32,000 bases of DNA from Geotalea uraniireducens Rf4. Lineage in GTDB: Bacteria > Desulfobacterota > Desulfuromonadia > Geobacterales > Geobacteraceae. The notes under the pieces are model-generated. The model did not search any database. It was given only the letters and a program-made list of their open reading frames with translations, and was not told where the DNA came from. Every line of letters begins with the position of its first letter. Position 1 is the first letter of the stretch. The translations under genes and the position numbers were made by a program. The stretch spans positions 3,570,001 through 3,602,000 of the forward strand of contig NC_009483.1 in assembly GCF_000016745.1 (NCBI RefSeq). The letters run 5' to 3'. Positions 1 to 8,054 of the stretch are shown in pieces.

Positions 1-250
1 TCATGGACGTTCCTCCTTTTCCCCACCGCTTCCGCCCCCTTTTCACGGACGGTTTGGCTTTGGTTGGTTGTTGCAGTCGGCGATGCCCTCCCTTCAGCTC
101 TACAAGTGAGCAATGGGTTTCTTCACCAGAAACCATTAACATTTATTTACAATTATAATGCCGGCAGATGATACCGCAATACGGCAATTCCCCCAACGTC
201 ATCCCAAACCCACCGCCCTGCCCCCCCTGTCGCCATTACAAATACCCTCC

Positions 251-278
251 TTGACAGATTCCAGGCTCGGTATAAAGT
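251..278 (+). promoter_or_regulatory. candidate sigma70-type promoter of the Cache-repeat gene
   Basis: TTGACA at 251-256, 16-nt spacer, TAAAGT at 273-278. AGGAG at 350-354 lies 7 nt before ATG 362. Confidence 0.35.
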
Positions 279-361
279 TGCTCCAATGAACTGAAACATA
301 TACTTTGAGTTTTAATCGCATTGTGTGCAAAACGCTCGCAACGGCAAAAAGGAGCTAAGAC

Positions 362-2011
362 ATGGCAACCATCGACCCTTCCTTGAATTATCACAGCAAT
401 ACCGAAGAACTCATTGCTTTGGTAAAGGACGCGACAGAGTTGGTCCGCACCAAAGGAGAAGCGGCGTTCAGCGATTTCCGTGTCTCAGGCAGCCGCTGGC
501 ACCAGGAAGAGATCTATATCTTTGTGCTGGATCCCCAGGGAAACATGCTGGTCCATCCCGATTCGGCGATGGAAGGCAAGAACGAGATGGAGTTGAAGGA
601 CATCAACGGGAAACCCATCATCCGGGGACTCATCGGTGCCGCAACGACCTTCCCCAACAAACCGGAAGGCTGGTACCACTACCAATGGCCTGTTCCAGGC
701 GGGCTTCTTCCCCGATGGAAAAGCAGCTACGTGCGGCTGGTGACTGCTCCGTCCGGCAAGAGCTACGTGGTCGGGAGCGGCATGTACAACGACCGCATGG
801 AAAGGAACTTTGTCGTGGATGCGGTGACCGACGCCATCGGACAGATCGAGAAGAATGGCAGGGCGGCTTTTCAGCTCTTCCATGATCCGACGGGCCCCTT
901 CATCGCAAAGGACGCATATATTTTCGTGTTCGATATGAATGGCGTCGATCTCGTCAACCCGGGCTTTCCGAACCTGGAGGGACGCAATCTTCTGGACCTT
1001 AAGGATACCCAGGGCAAGCAGTTGATCCGGGAGATGTTCAAAGTGGTGCAAACGAGCGGTTCCGGCTGGGTCGACTATATGTGGCCCAAGCCGGGAGAAA
1101 GCGTCTCCACGCAGAAATCGGCTTATGTGAGCAAAGCGAAGATGGGAGACCAATGGGTGCTGGTGGGTTGCGGTGTCTACCTGGCTGATGCCCCCAAAGC
1201 CGTTCAGGCCGGCAAGAAGATGACCGCTCCGGAACTGATGGCCCTCGTTCGGGAAGGGGCGGCGCTCCTGGAGAAGGAGGGGGAGAAGGCCTATCCGGAA
1301 TTCCGAAGGAAAGGGTCCAGGTGGTTCCATGACGATACCTATTTCTTTGTCTGGACAGCAAACGGGATCAGGACCTTCCATGCTGCGAAGCCCGCGGGCG
1401 AAGGCCATGATGCCGGCAACATGACGGATGTTCTGGGAAGGCCCTTCGGGAAAATGGTCCTGGAGGTGGCTTCGAGCCCTTCAGGTGAGGGATGGGTCCA
1501 TTACATGTACCCCGAGCCTGAGGATATCTTCCCTACCTGGAAGTCCACATTTTTGAAGCGGATCACATTTCCCTCCGGGCAGCAGCACATCATCGGCTGC
1601 GGGATCTACAACATGCAGATGGATAAGGCCTTCATCGAGGATGTGGTCGATCATGCCGCTGCTCTTGTCGCAGACCGAGGGAAGGAGGCCTTTGGCCAAT
1701 TGCGGGACAAGACGAGTCCTTTTGTCTTCATGGACACCTACGTGTTTGTCATCACCCCGGATGGCACCGAGTTGGTGAACCCGGTCTTCCCCAGCTTCGA
1801 AGGAAAAAACCTCATCTACCTGAGGGATCTGAAGGGGAATCCGGTGATCCGGGACGAAATAGCCGCTGCCATGAAGGATGGCAGCGCCTGGATCGACCTC
1901 TACTGGTACAAGCCCGGACAAAATACGCCTGCGCGCAAGCAGACCTTCGTGCGGAAGGTGCAATCGGGTCAGGATACTTATATCGTCGGCTCGGGCGTTT
2001 ATATGGAATAA
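362..2011 (+). CDS. soluble protein with four tandem single-Cache (sCache_2-like) repeats; no TM segment or output domain
   Basis: 549-aa ORF with a good RBS. It has four ~135-aa repeats. Each opens with a helix such as ELIALVKDATELVRTKGEAAFSDF and contains a GW(V/Y)(H/D)YxWPxPG motif (GWYHYQWPVPGG, GWVDYMWPKPGE, GWVHYMYPEPED, AWIDLYWYKPGQ) typical of Cache_2-type sensor folds. No signal peptide or hydrophobic segment is visible. Confidence 0.8.
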   Translation: MATIDPSLNYHSNTEELIALVKDATELVRTKGEAAFSDFRVSGSRWHQEEIYIFVLDPQGNMLVHPDSAMEGKNEMELKDINGKPIIRGLIGAATTFPNKPEGWYHYQWPVPGGLLPRWKSSYVRLVTAPSGKSYVVGSGMYNDRMERNFVVDAVTDAIGQIEKNGRAAFQLFHDPTGPFIAKDAYIFVFDMNGVDLVNPGFPNLEGRNLLDLKDTQGKQLIREMFKVVQTSGSGWVDYMWPKPGESVSTQKSAYVSKAKMGDQWVLVGCGVYLADAPKAVQAGKKMTAPELMALVREGAALLEKEGEKAYPEFRRKGSRWFHDDTYFFVWTANGIRTFHAAKPAGEGHDAGNMTDVLGRPFGKMVLEVASSPSGEGWVHYMYPEPEDIFPTWKSTFLKRITFPSGQQHIIGCGIYNMQMDKAFIEDVVDHAAALVADRGKEAFGQLRDKTSPFVFMDTYVFVITPDGTELVNPVFPSFEGKNLIYLRDLKGNPVIRDEIAAAMKDGSAWIDLYWYKPGQNTPARKQTFVRKVQSGQDTYIVGSGVYME

Positions 2012-2023
2012 AAAATGTGAAAA

Positions 2024-2054
2024 GGGGGGCATCTGAAATCAGGGACTGCCCCCC
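2024..2054 (+). terminator. GC-rich hairpin after the Cache gene (possible terminator, no clear U-tract)
   Basis: GGGGGGCA (2024-2031) pairs with TGCCCCCC (2047-2054) around a 15-nt loop, 13 nt after the stop codon. It is followed by tgcccttcc rather than a T-run. Confidence 0.3.
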
Positions 2055-2134
2055 TGCCCTTCCGCTCAATTGGAAGCCCGACCGCCCCCAACGCCGTCCA
2101 TCAATCGTTCAAAATCTACGCTTCCTTCACTGTT

Positions 2135-3127
2135 AAATGAATTGCTATCAACCGTCATCTATGATAAAAAGCCTTAATTGTCTAAGATTATGAAGCGATT
2201 AAGGTGCGATAAATGATTCAGTATATCTGGCAACGGCCTGAATGGCCAAAGTTCACCTGGGATGATGCCCGGTTGCTGACTCCTCTTGGAGAGTGCCGTT
2301 TGTTGCAGGGGAAGCTGCTGACAAAGGTATCCACTCTTGGTTTGGCCCTTGAGCATCAGGCCCAAGCCGAAATATTGGTTGAAGAGGCTGTCAAAACAGC
2401 CGCTATCGAAGGCGAACAGCTCGACGTGCGTTCTGTGCGTTCTTCGGTGGCAAGGAGACTTGGACTACCATCGGCGGGACTTCCTGTAGATCGTCGCATA
2501 GATGACCTCGTATCGGTATTGCTGGATGCCACGCAAAACTTTGAAAAGCAGCTGACAAAGGAACGGCTGTGGGGCTGGCAGGCCGCCCTCTTCCCTTCCG
2601 GCTATTCCGGTATGCACAAGATCAAGGTCGGAGACTGGCGGGATAGCTCGGAACCAATGCGTGTGGTATCGGGTCCCATCGGCAGGGAAAAGATCCATTA
2701 CGAAGCGCCACCGGCCGGAAAGCTCGATAAAGAAATGGAGCGTTTCTTCTCATGGTGGAAAGAGAGTACGGCCAATGCCGAAGGGATAATCCGCGCAGCC
2801 ATTGCCCATTTCTGGTTTGTGACCATACATCCGTTTGACGACGGCAACGGACGTATCGCAAGAGTATTGACCGATATGGCGCTGGCACAGGACGACAAGC
2901 AGCACAACCGCTACTACAGCCTATCCACACAGATCATGGCCGAGCGGGAGACCTATTACACCATTCTTGAAAACACCCAAAAAGGAAACGGTGACATTAC
3001 CGACTGGCTGGTATGGTTTCTGGGATGCTTCGCCAGGGCCATCGAACGATCGGAGACAATCCTTGCCGGTGTGTTCATGAGGGCTGAATTCTGGCGAAAG
3101 CATGCAGAGGTCACCCTATCCGACCGG
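2135..3127 (+). repeat. direct repeat copy 1 (993 bp: Fic 5' leader plus first ~305 codons)
   Basis: Aligns base-for-base with 5038-6030 at a constant offset of 2903 bp. Homology ends abruptly after atccga(c/a)cgg at 3127/6030. Weaker similarity extends ~70 bp further upstream. Confidence 0.9.
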
Positions 3128-3337
3128 CAGAAGAAGGTTATCAATCGAGTTCTTGAGGAAGGACCAAGCGGGTTTGAAGGTGGATTGACGACTCGAAAGT
3201 ACGCCTCGATCGGCAAGGTGAGCCGGGCAACGGCATTCAGGGAACTGGATCAGCTGGTTGAGCTGGGCATACTGAAAAGAAGTGGCAAGGGGCGAAGTGT
3301 CAGTTATGAGTTACCTGCAAACACTCTTTCCGACTGA
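2213..3337 (+). CDS. Fic family protein (class II, autoinhibited AMPylase type) with C-terminal winged-helix-like tail
   Basis: 374-aa ORF. Canonical Fic motif HPFDDGNGRIAR at nt 2828-2863. N-terminal inhibitory-helix motif (S/T)xxxE(G/N) present as TAAIEG. AAGGTG RBS before ATG 2213. Confidence 0.9.
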   Translation: MIQYIWQRPEWPKFTWDDARLLTPLGECRLLQGKLLTKVSTLGLALEHQAQAEILVEEAVKTAAIEGEQLDVRSVRSSVARRLGLPSAGLPVDRRIDDLVSVLLDATQNFEKQLTKERLWGWQAALFPSGYSGMHKIKVGDWRDSSEPMRVVSGPIGREKIHYEAPPAGKLDKEMERFFSWWKESTANAEGIIRAAIAHFWFVTIHPFDDGNGRIARVLTDMALAQDDKQHNRYYSLSTQIMAERETYYTILENTQKGNGDITDWLVWFLGCFARAIERSETILAGVFMRAEFWRKHAEVTLSDRQKKVINRVLEEGPSGFEGGLTTRKYASIGKVSRATAFRELDQLVELGILKRSGKGRSVSYELPANTLSD

Positions 3338-3477
3338 CCCACCTGATAGCGATACATTTTAATTTGCCACAAGGGTATTTTTTCTGCGGCCGACGGGAGT
3401 TTTGTCTCTTGCCGACCACTTTTTATAAAGATAATAATGAGAACATGAACATATTCTTGAACCAACAGGAGGATTCC

Positions 3478-4947
3478 ATGGATCTCAACGGACGTACATG
3501 TAAAATCATCGCTAAACATAGCGGGATGGCGATTGCCGTTGCCGGAGCCGGTACCGGAGACGGGGCCAAGGTCATTCAATGGCCCTGGAATGGAGGTGAC
3601 GAACAGGTCTTTCTTTTCACCGACCTGGGAAACAACCATTACCGGATAACCCCCAAACACAGCGGCAGTGCCATTGGCAAAGGGGCCGACTTCATTTTTC
3701 AAATCAACGACATCATCCAATGGAGCTGGGCCGACACCGACGATCAGAAATTCAGAATAACGCCGGTCTCGGATGGTTACTTTAAACTGGAAACATACGG
3801 CAGACCCGGTAGAGCATTGGCTGTCGGCGGCGCGTCCCAGATCCAGGGCGCCGGTGTGATCGTCTGGGATTGGCTCAATTCCGACGAACAAAAATTTCAG
3901 ATCATCCCGGTTGACAACCAGCTCCATATTCCCTGGTCTTTTAACCTTCATCCGGAAGATGTCGGACTCTCGGACACGGAAGGGGTCGTCCCCAACCCCG
4001 AAATCTATAAGGCAAAAATCGAAGCCGCTTTCAAACTCATAAAGGAACTGGGCGGACGTTTCGTCAGAACCGATTTTTCCTGGAAACGCCTTGCTGACGG
4101 CAGTTGCAGGGATGACGTCGTGAAGTTCTATGATCATTTCACGGAAACCGCCCAAGCATACGGCATCGGCATCAACTGCATCCTGTTCCGCTGTCCGGCC
4201 CGTCTTGAGAAGGACGGCAATTGGGATGCCTTTGTCGATGAGTTCTCCCAATACTGTCGTTTCGTCGCCGAGAAATGGGGGAACAAAATCAGCACGTATC
4301 AGATATGGAACGAGGCCAACCACATCCTGGCAGCCAAGAACCCCATCAAATACTACACCAGGAACGACGCGGCGGATCTCTTCGTCAAAGCGGACAAAGC
4401 CCTCCAGGCAGGTGGCGGCGATCACGTCAGCATGATCAACATCATGTGCAATAACGACTGGTCATGGGAAACAACTCTACAGACATGGATTAAACAGATT
4501 GATGAACGATGCCACGATCACAGGATCAGGACCATTGGCATCGATCACTATCCCGGTACCTGGACGCTGGGCGACTATGAGGACTGGTGGCCCATGGAAA
4601 GAGTCGTCAATATTCTTGAAGGTAAGAACTATAACTGGACCATAGCCGAAACCGGCTTCGCAAGCGGAATCTGGAAAAATGTCGATCTCTGGCATACCCC
4701 GGAGGAGCAAAAACGCTGGATGGAAGTCAGCCTGGGAGCACTATATAAGAAATTGCGTTACAACCAAAAATTCAGCGACGGGCTACAGTATATCAATCTC
4801 TATCAGCTCTATGACGCCGATCCGAACGAAAAGACGGTTATCGAATCCTGGTCGCCATTCGAGTCGTATTTCGGTGTATGCGATTTCAAGGGTAATCGCA
4901 AACCGGCATTCTCCGCCCTGGAAAAAAAGATCGCCGAAGTGCTCTGA
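3478..4947 (+). CDS. ricin-type beta-trefoil lectin fused to a clan GH-A-like (beta/alpha)8 glycoside hydrolase
   Basis: The ORF track starts at TTG 3364. I prefer ATG 3478, which has AGGAGG 5 nt upstream at 3467-3472; ATG 3445 is an alternative. Three QxW-type trefoil subrepeats are present (IQWPWNGGDEQVF, IQWSWADTDDQKF, IVWDWLNSDEQKF). They are followed by a TIM-barrel-like domain with IWNEANH (acid/base NE) and IAETGF (nucleophile-like E). No signal peptide with any of the three starts. Confidence 0.8.
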   Translation: MDLNGRTCKIIAKHSGMAIAVAGAGTGDGAKVIQWPWNGGDEQVFLFTDLGNNHYRITPKHSGSAIGKGADFIFQINDIIQWSWADTDDQKFRITPVSDGYFKLETYGRPGRALAVGGASQIQGAGVIVWDWLNSDEQKFQIIPVDNQLHIPWSFNLHPEDVGLSDTEGVVPNPEIYKAKIEAAFKLIKELGGRFVRTDFSWKRLADGSCRDDVVKFYDHFTETAQAYGIGINCILFRCPARLEKDGNWDAFVDEFSQYCRFVAEKWGNKISTYQIWNEANHILAAKNPIKYYTRNDAADLFVKADKALQAGGGDHVSMINIMCNNDWSWETTLQTWIKQIDERCHDHRIRTIGIDHYPGTWTLGDYEDWWPMERVVNILEGKNYNWTIAETGFASGIWKNVDLWHTPEEQKRWMEVSLGALYKKLRYNQKFSDGLQYINLYQLYDADPNEKTVIESWSPFESYFGVCDFKGNRKPAFSALEKKIAEVL

Positions 4948-5037
4948 CAGGCTGCGTTCGGTTAACGCACTTCAATTGGATAGTCGGGGCGGCGTGAGAC
5001 TTCGTTCGCGCTGCCCCTACTTCCCTCACCGCCATTG

Positions 5038-6030
5038 AAATGAATTGCCATCAACCGTCATCTATGATAAAAAGCCTTAATTGTCTAAGATTATGAAGCG
5101 ATTAAGGTGCGATAAATGATTCAGTACATCTGGCAACGGCCTGAATGGCCAAAGTTCACCTGGGATGATGCCCGGTTGCTGACTCCTCTTGGAGAGTGCC
5201 GTTTGTTGCAGGGGAAGCTGCTGACAAAGGTATCCACTCTTGGTTTGTCCCTTGAGCATCAGGCCCAGGCTGAAATATTGGTTGAAGAGGCCATCAAAAC
5301 AGCCGCTATCGAAGGTGAACAGCTCGACGTGCGTTCTGTGCGTTCTTCGGTAGCAAGGAGACTTGGACTACCATCGGCGGGACTTCCTGTAGATCGTCGC
5401 ATAGATGACCTCGTATCGGTATTGCTGGATGCCACGCAGAACTTTGAAAAGCCGCTGACAAAGGAACGACTGTGGGGCTGGCAAGCCGCCCTCTTCCCTT
5501 CCGGCTATTCCGGTATGCACAGGATCAAGGTCGGAGGCTGGCAGGATAGCTCGGAACCAATGCGTGTGGTATCGGGCTCCATCGGCAGGGAAAAAATCCA
5601 TTACGAAGCGCCACCTGCCAAAATACTTAAAACTGAGATGGAACGTTTCTTCTCATGGTGGAAAGAGAGTACGGCTAATGTCGAAGGGATAATACGCGCA
5701 GCCATTGCCCATTTCTGGTTTGTGACCATACATCCGTTTGATGATGGCAACGGACGTATCGCAAGAGTATTGACCGATATGGCGCTGGCACAGGACGACA
5801 AGCAGCACAACCGCTACTACAGCCTATCCACACAGATCATGGCCGAGCGGGAGACCTATTACACCATTCTTGAAAACACCCAAAAAGGAAACGGTGACAT
5901 TACCGACTGGCTGGTATGGTTTCTGGAATGCTTCGCCAGGGCCATCGAACGATCGGAGACAATCCTTGCCGGTGTGTTCATGAGGGCTGAATTCTGGCGA
6001 AAGCATGCAGAGGTCACCCTATCCGAACGG
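5038..6030 (+). repeat. direct repeat copy 2 (993 bp)
   Basis: See 2135-3127. There are 14 amino-acid differences over the ~305 shared codons, including a hyper-divergent patch (PPAGKLDKEMER vs PPAKILKTEMER, nt 2709-2741 vs 5612-5644). Confidence 0.9.
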
Positions 6031-6045
6031 TATTTTCAGTCTTGA
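5116..6045 (+). CDS. Fic family protein, C-terminally truncated paralog (possible pseudogene)
   Basis: 309-aa ORF collinear with the 374-aa Fic up to ...AEVTLS, then 5 unrelated residues and a stop. It keeps TAAIEG and HPFDDGNGRIAR (nt 5731-5766) but lacks the ~70-aa C-terminal domain. Confidence 0.7.
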   Translation: MIQYIWQRPEWPKFTWDDARLLTPLGECRLLQGKLLTKVSTLGLSLEHQAQAEILVEEAIKTAAIEGEQLDVRSVRSSVARRLGLPSAGLPVDRRIDDLVSVLLDATQNFEKPLTKERLWGWQAALFPSGYSGMHRIKVGGWQDSSEPMRVVSGSIGREKIHYEAPPAKILKTEMERFFSWWKESTANVEGIIRAAIAHFWFVTIHPFDDGNGRIARVLTDMALAQDDKQHNRYYSLSTQIMAERETYYTILENTQKGNGDITDWLVWFLECFARAIERSETILAGVFMRAEFWRKHAEVTLSERYFQS

Positions 6046-6088
6046 TCGCCGCGAATTCATGCGGCCTTTGCCAAGCCCTCGCACAGCT

Positions 6089-7585
6089 TTACCGGCCGGG
6101 GAGGAAGTCGATGGGATACAAGATCGTCGTCTTCGGCACCCCATCTTTGGCGCCAAAGTTGAACTTTTTGACCCTGTCGACAATCTGGGCGGAGAACTCA
6201 GTCGCGTTCATATTGCTAGACTCCACCGCGCAGGCAGAAACCGCCCCGCTCGGTTCGATTGTGATCCGCAGCACCATCTTCCCGCGAAGGGTCGGATTCT
6301 TACGCAATTCGGTATTATAGATACGGTAGAGCGCAGCCTTGTAACGATCGAATAGAATCTGAATCTCTTCGTCGGTTCGGCCCGGACGAGCCCCAGAGCT
6401 AAGTGGCTTGGCCTCCTTCGCCCCCGGGCCTGCGATCGCACTCTTAACTTGCGTAAAGCCAGCGCCCGCGCGGCCAAGTCGAGCATCGTTGCCCCCGCCG
6501 CTGCCGACATTCCGACCCAGTCCGGCGCCATTGCCGATCCCGCCGCTGCCGACGTTCCGACTGACTGCGCCATTGCCGCCACCGCCGCCGGGTCCTCCAC
6601 CCCCCTGCATCGCCACCAGGGAACGGCTCGCCAGGGCCTGCCCCGCCGTTTGGGTAGCAGGGTTGCTCAGACGGGCTTCGGTCCCAAGTCTGGCAACCGG
6701 AGTCTCATCAATAAGATCCTTGAAACTCTCCTTGAACGCCAGGACCCCTGTGTTTTGAGCTTTTTTGGGTGCGGCCGTCTGTTCAGCCGGGGCCGCTTTG
6801 GGGCGTTCCTGTGCCTTGGCCGTTTCCTTTTTCTCTTCTTTTATCCCTTCCGTTTTCGCTTCTTTTTTCTGTTCTTTCGATTTTTTCACCAGCTCCGGCT
6901 TCTTGTGTTCCTGTCTGACCATCATCGCCAGCCGTTCCGGGATCTGGGCAACTACCGGACGGACCGGCACCGGCACGGTCACCAGGCGGATGATAATACT
7001 AAGGAGCAAGCTGAGGAGCATCGCCGTGCGCAGGGCGCGGCGGTAGCGCCGATCGCTCTCGTCATCATGACTCCAAGGCATGACCGGCTGATGCGAAACC
7101 GGGGAAAGCTCACGTTCGATGGCAAATTCTTCCTCGCGCCTCTCGTCGCGAGCATGCGCATTGTCAATTTCATCGTACAGACAGTCGAGTTCTCCGAGGC
7201 ATCGGTTCGCCTGCGCCTTGAGATTCGCCTGTGTTTCCAGCGTGCCGCGGATTTCCTCGTCGAAGCTGGCGATGCGACTCCGCAGCCGTGCGATATGTCC
7301 GGCGGGATCCTTGATCTCCGGCAATCCTTCCCAGAAGAGTTGACCAGCTTCCAGTTCGCCGAGTCGGTCGAGGACGTTGCAGGCACCCCGCAGGGCGTCG
7401 AAACGAAGCCGGTCGTCAGAAGAGGTTTCAAGCTCTGCCTCTACCGCCTGCAACTCGCACTCGAGCTCCGCAAGCCTTCCCCGGACCTGCTCGATCTGAG
7501 CGTTCAGCGGCGCCAATTCCTGCTCTAGTAATGATGTATTCACAGTATACCCGCTAGCCGTGCGCCGCCTTCTGGATGACGGCAA
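6089..7585 (-). CDS. TonB-like energy-transducer with AgmX/PglI-type C-terminal domain and long cytoplasmic coiled-coil N-terminus
   Basis: 498-aa ORF. The first ~190 aa are heptad-rich (RLAELECELQAVEAELE). There is one TM segment (AMLLSLLLSIIIRLVTV), then a K/E-rich and a G-rich linker. The C-terminal ~90 aa (GKMVLRITIEPSGAVSACAV...ILYPIDF) match my recollection of the TonB_C-like AgmX/PglI family. TTG 7585 overlaps the upstream stop by 32 nt; GTG 7543 is an alternative start. Confidence 0.75.
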   Translation of the reverse strand: MPSSRRRRTASGYTVNTSLLEQELAPLNAQIEQVRGRLAELECELQAVEAELETSSDDRLRFDALRGACNVLDRLGELEAGQLFWEGLPEIKDPAGHIARLRSRIASFDEEIRGTLETQANLKAQANRCLGELDCLYDEIDNAHARDERREEEFAIERELSPVSHQPVMPWSHDDESDRRYRRALRTAMLLSLLLSIIIRLVTVPVPVRPVVAQIPERLAMMVRQEHKKPELVKKSKEQKKEAKTEGIKEEKKETAKAQERPKAAPAEQTAAPKKAQNTGVLAFKESFKDLIDETPVARLGTEARLSNPATQTAGQALASRSLVAMQGGGGPGGGGGNGAVSRNVGSGGIGNGAGLGRNVGSGGGNDARLGRAGAGFTQVKSAIAGPGAKEAKPLSSGARPGRTDEEIQILFDRYKAALYRIYNTELRKNPTLRGKMVLRITIEPSGAVSACAVESSNMNATEFSAQIVDRVKKFNFGAKDGVPKTTILYPIDFLPGR

Positions 7586-8054
7586 GTGAAATCTTCCCGT
7601 ATCCAGAAGCCGTGCAGGTTGTCATTATTTTCTTGAGCACTTTGAATGGAATCGTTTTATCAGCCAGGAGAGTGATTTCCCTGGTTTCGGTTGCAGAAAC
7701 CGTGTTGGTGCTTGTCTCGTTGTTCATGCTGCGCTGAATCTGCGCCAGCCGCTCCGTTACTTCATGAACCGTCCCGATGCGGTCATCAAAAAGGTCGGCG
7801 GTCCTCATCACCGGTTCCCCCTGAACCAGTACTGCTTCGGGAGTGACCGAGATCGCCACCGTTCCCCTCGGCTTGGTCTCGACGACGGACTGGGGGAGAG
7901 CGAGCCGCTGTTCCGGCATATCACCGTTGAATGAGTGAAAAAGCAGAAAGAACACCAGAACGGAAAGAACATCCAACATGGGTATCAGATTCAGACTTGC
8001 ATGACGGCGTTTGTTATTACGCTCCATCCGTTTCATACGTCTGCTTTCTCTCAT
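7554..8054 (-). CDS. exbD: ExbD/TolR family biopolymer transport protein (paralog 2)
   Basis: 166 aa. Basic N-terminus plus a single TM (SLNLIPMLDVLSVLVFFLL), then a periplasmic domain. ATG 8054 overlaps the upstream TGA (ATGA at 8051-8054). The 327-aa ORF in the track is an over-extension. Confidence 0.85.
   Translation of the reverse strand: MRESRRMKRMERNNKRRHASLNLIPMLDVLSVLVFFLLFHSFNGDMPEQRLALPQSVVETKPRGTVAISVTPEAVLVQGEPVMRTADLFDDRIGTVHEVTERLAQIQRSMNNETSTNTVSATETREITLLADKTIPFKVLKKIMTTCTASGYGKISLAVIQKAAHG

Noticed and set aside
1-16. Possible start of a divergent minus-strand gene at the left edge (cat at 2-4, with tcctcc, i.e. GGAGGA, at 11-16).
   Set aside because: Only one codon lies inside the window, so this cannot be supported as a feature.
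325-1408. ORFs 325-885 (+), 485-1408 (-) and 1038-1361 (-) overlapping the Cache-repeat gene.
   Set aside because: They are off-frame or antisense shadows. Only the 362-2011 frame shows the fourfold repeat structure and a proper RBS.
3304-4425. 373-aa minus-strand ORF antisense to the ricin/GH gene, and the 4130-4435 (+) off-frame ORF.
   Set aside because: No motifs are present. The + frame 3478-4947 has QxW trefoil repeats and NE/ETG catalytic-type motifs.
6046-6088. Small hairpin GCCGC-gaattcat-GCGGC (6051-6068) between the convergent Fic' and tonB-like genes, considered as a bidirectional terminator.
   Set aside because: The stem is only 5 bp and there is no U/A tract on either side, which is too weak to call.
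6005-7528. ORFs 6005-6355 (+), 6042-6320 (+), 6208-6600 (-), 6408-6758 (+), 6449-7528 (+) and 6979-7431 (-) within the tonB-like gene.
   Set aside because: These are shadow or off-frame ORFs. Only the 6089-7585 minus frame has a TM segment and a TonB_C-like end.
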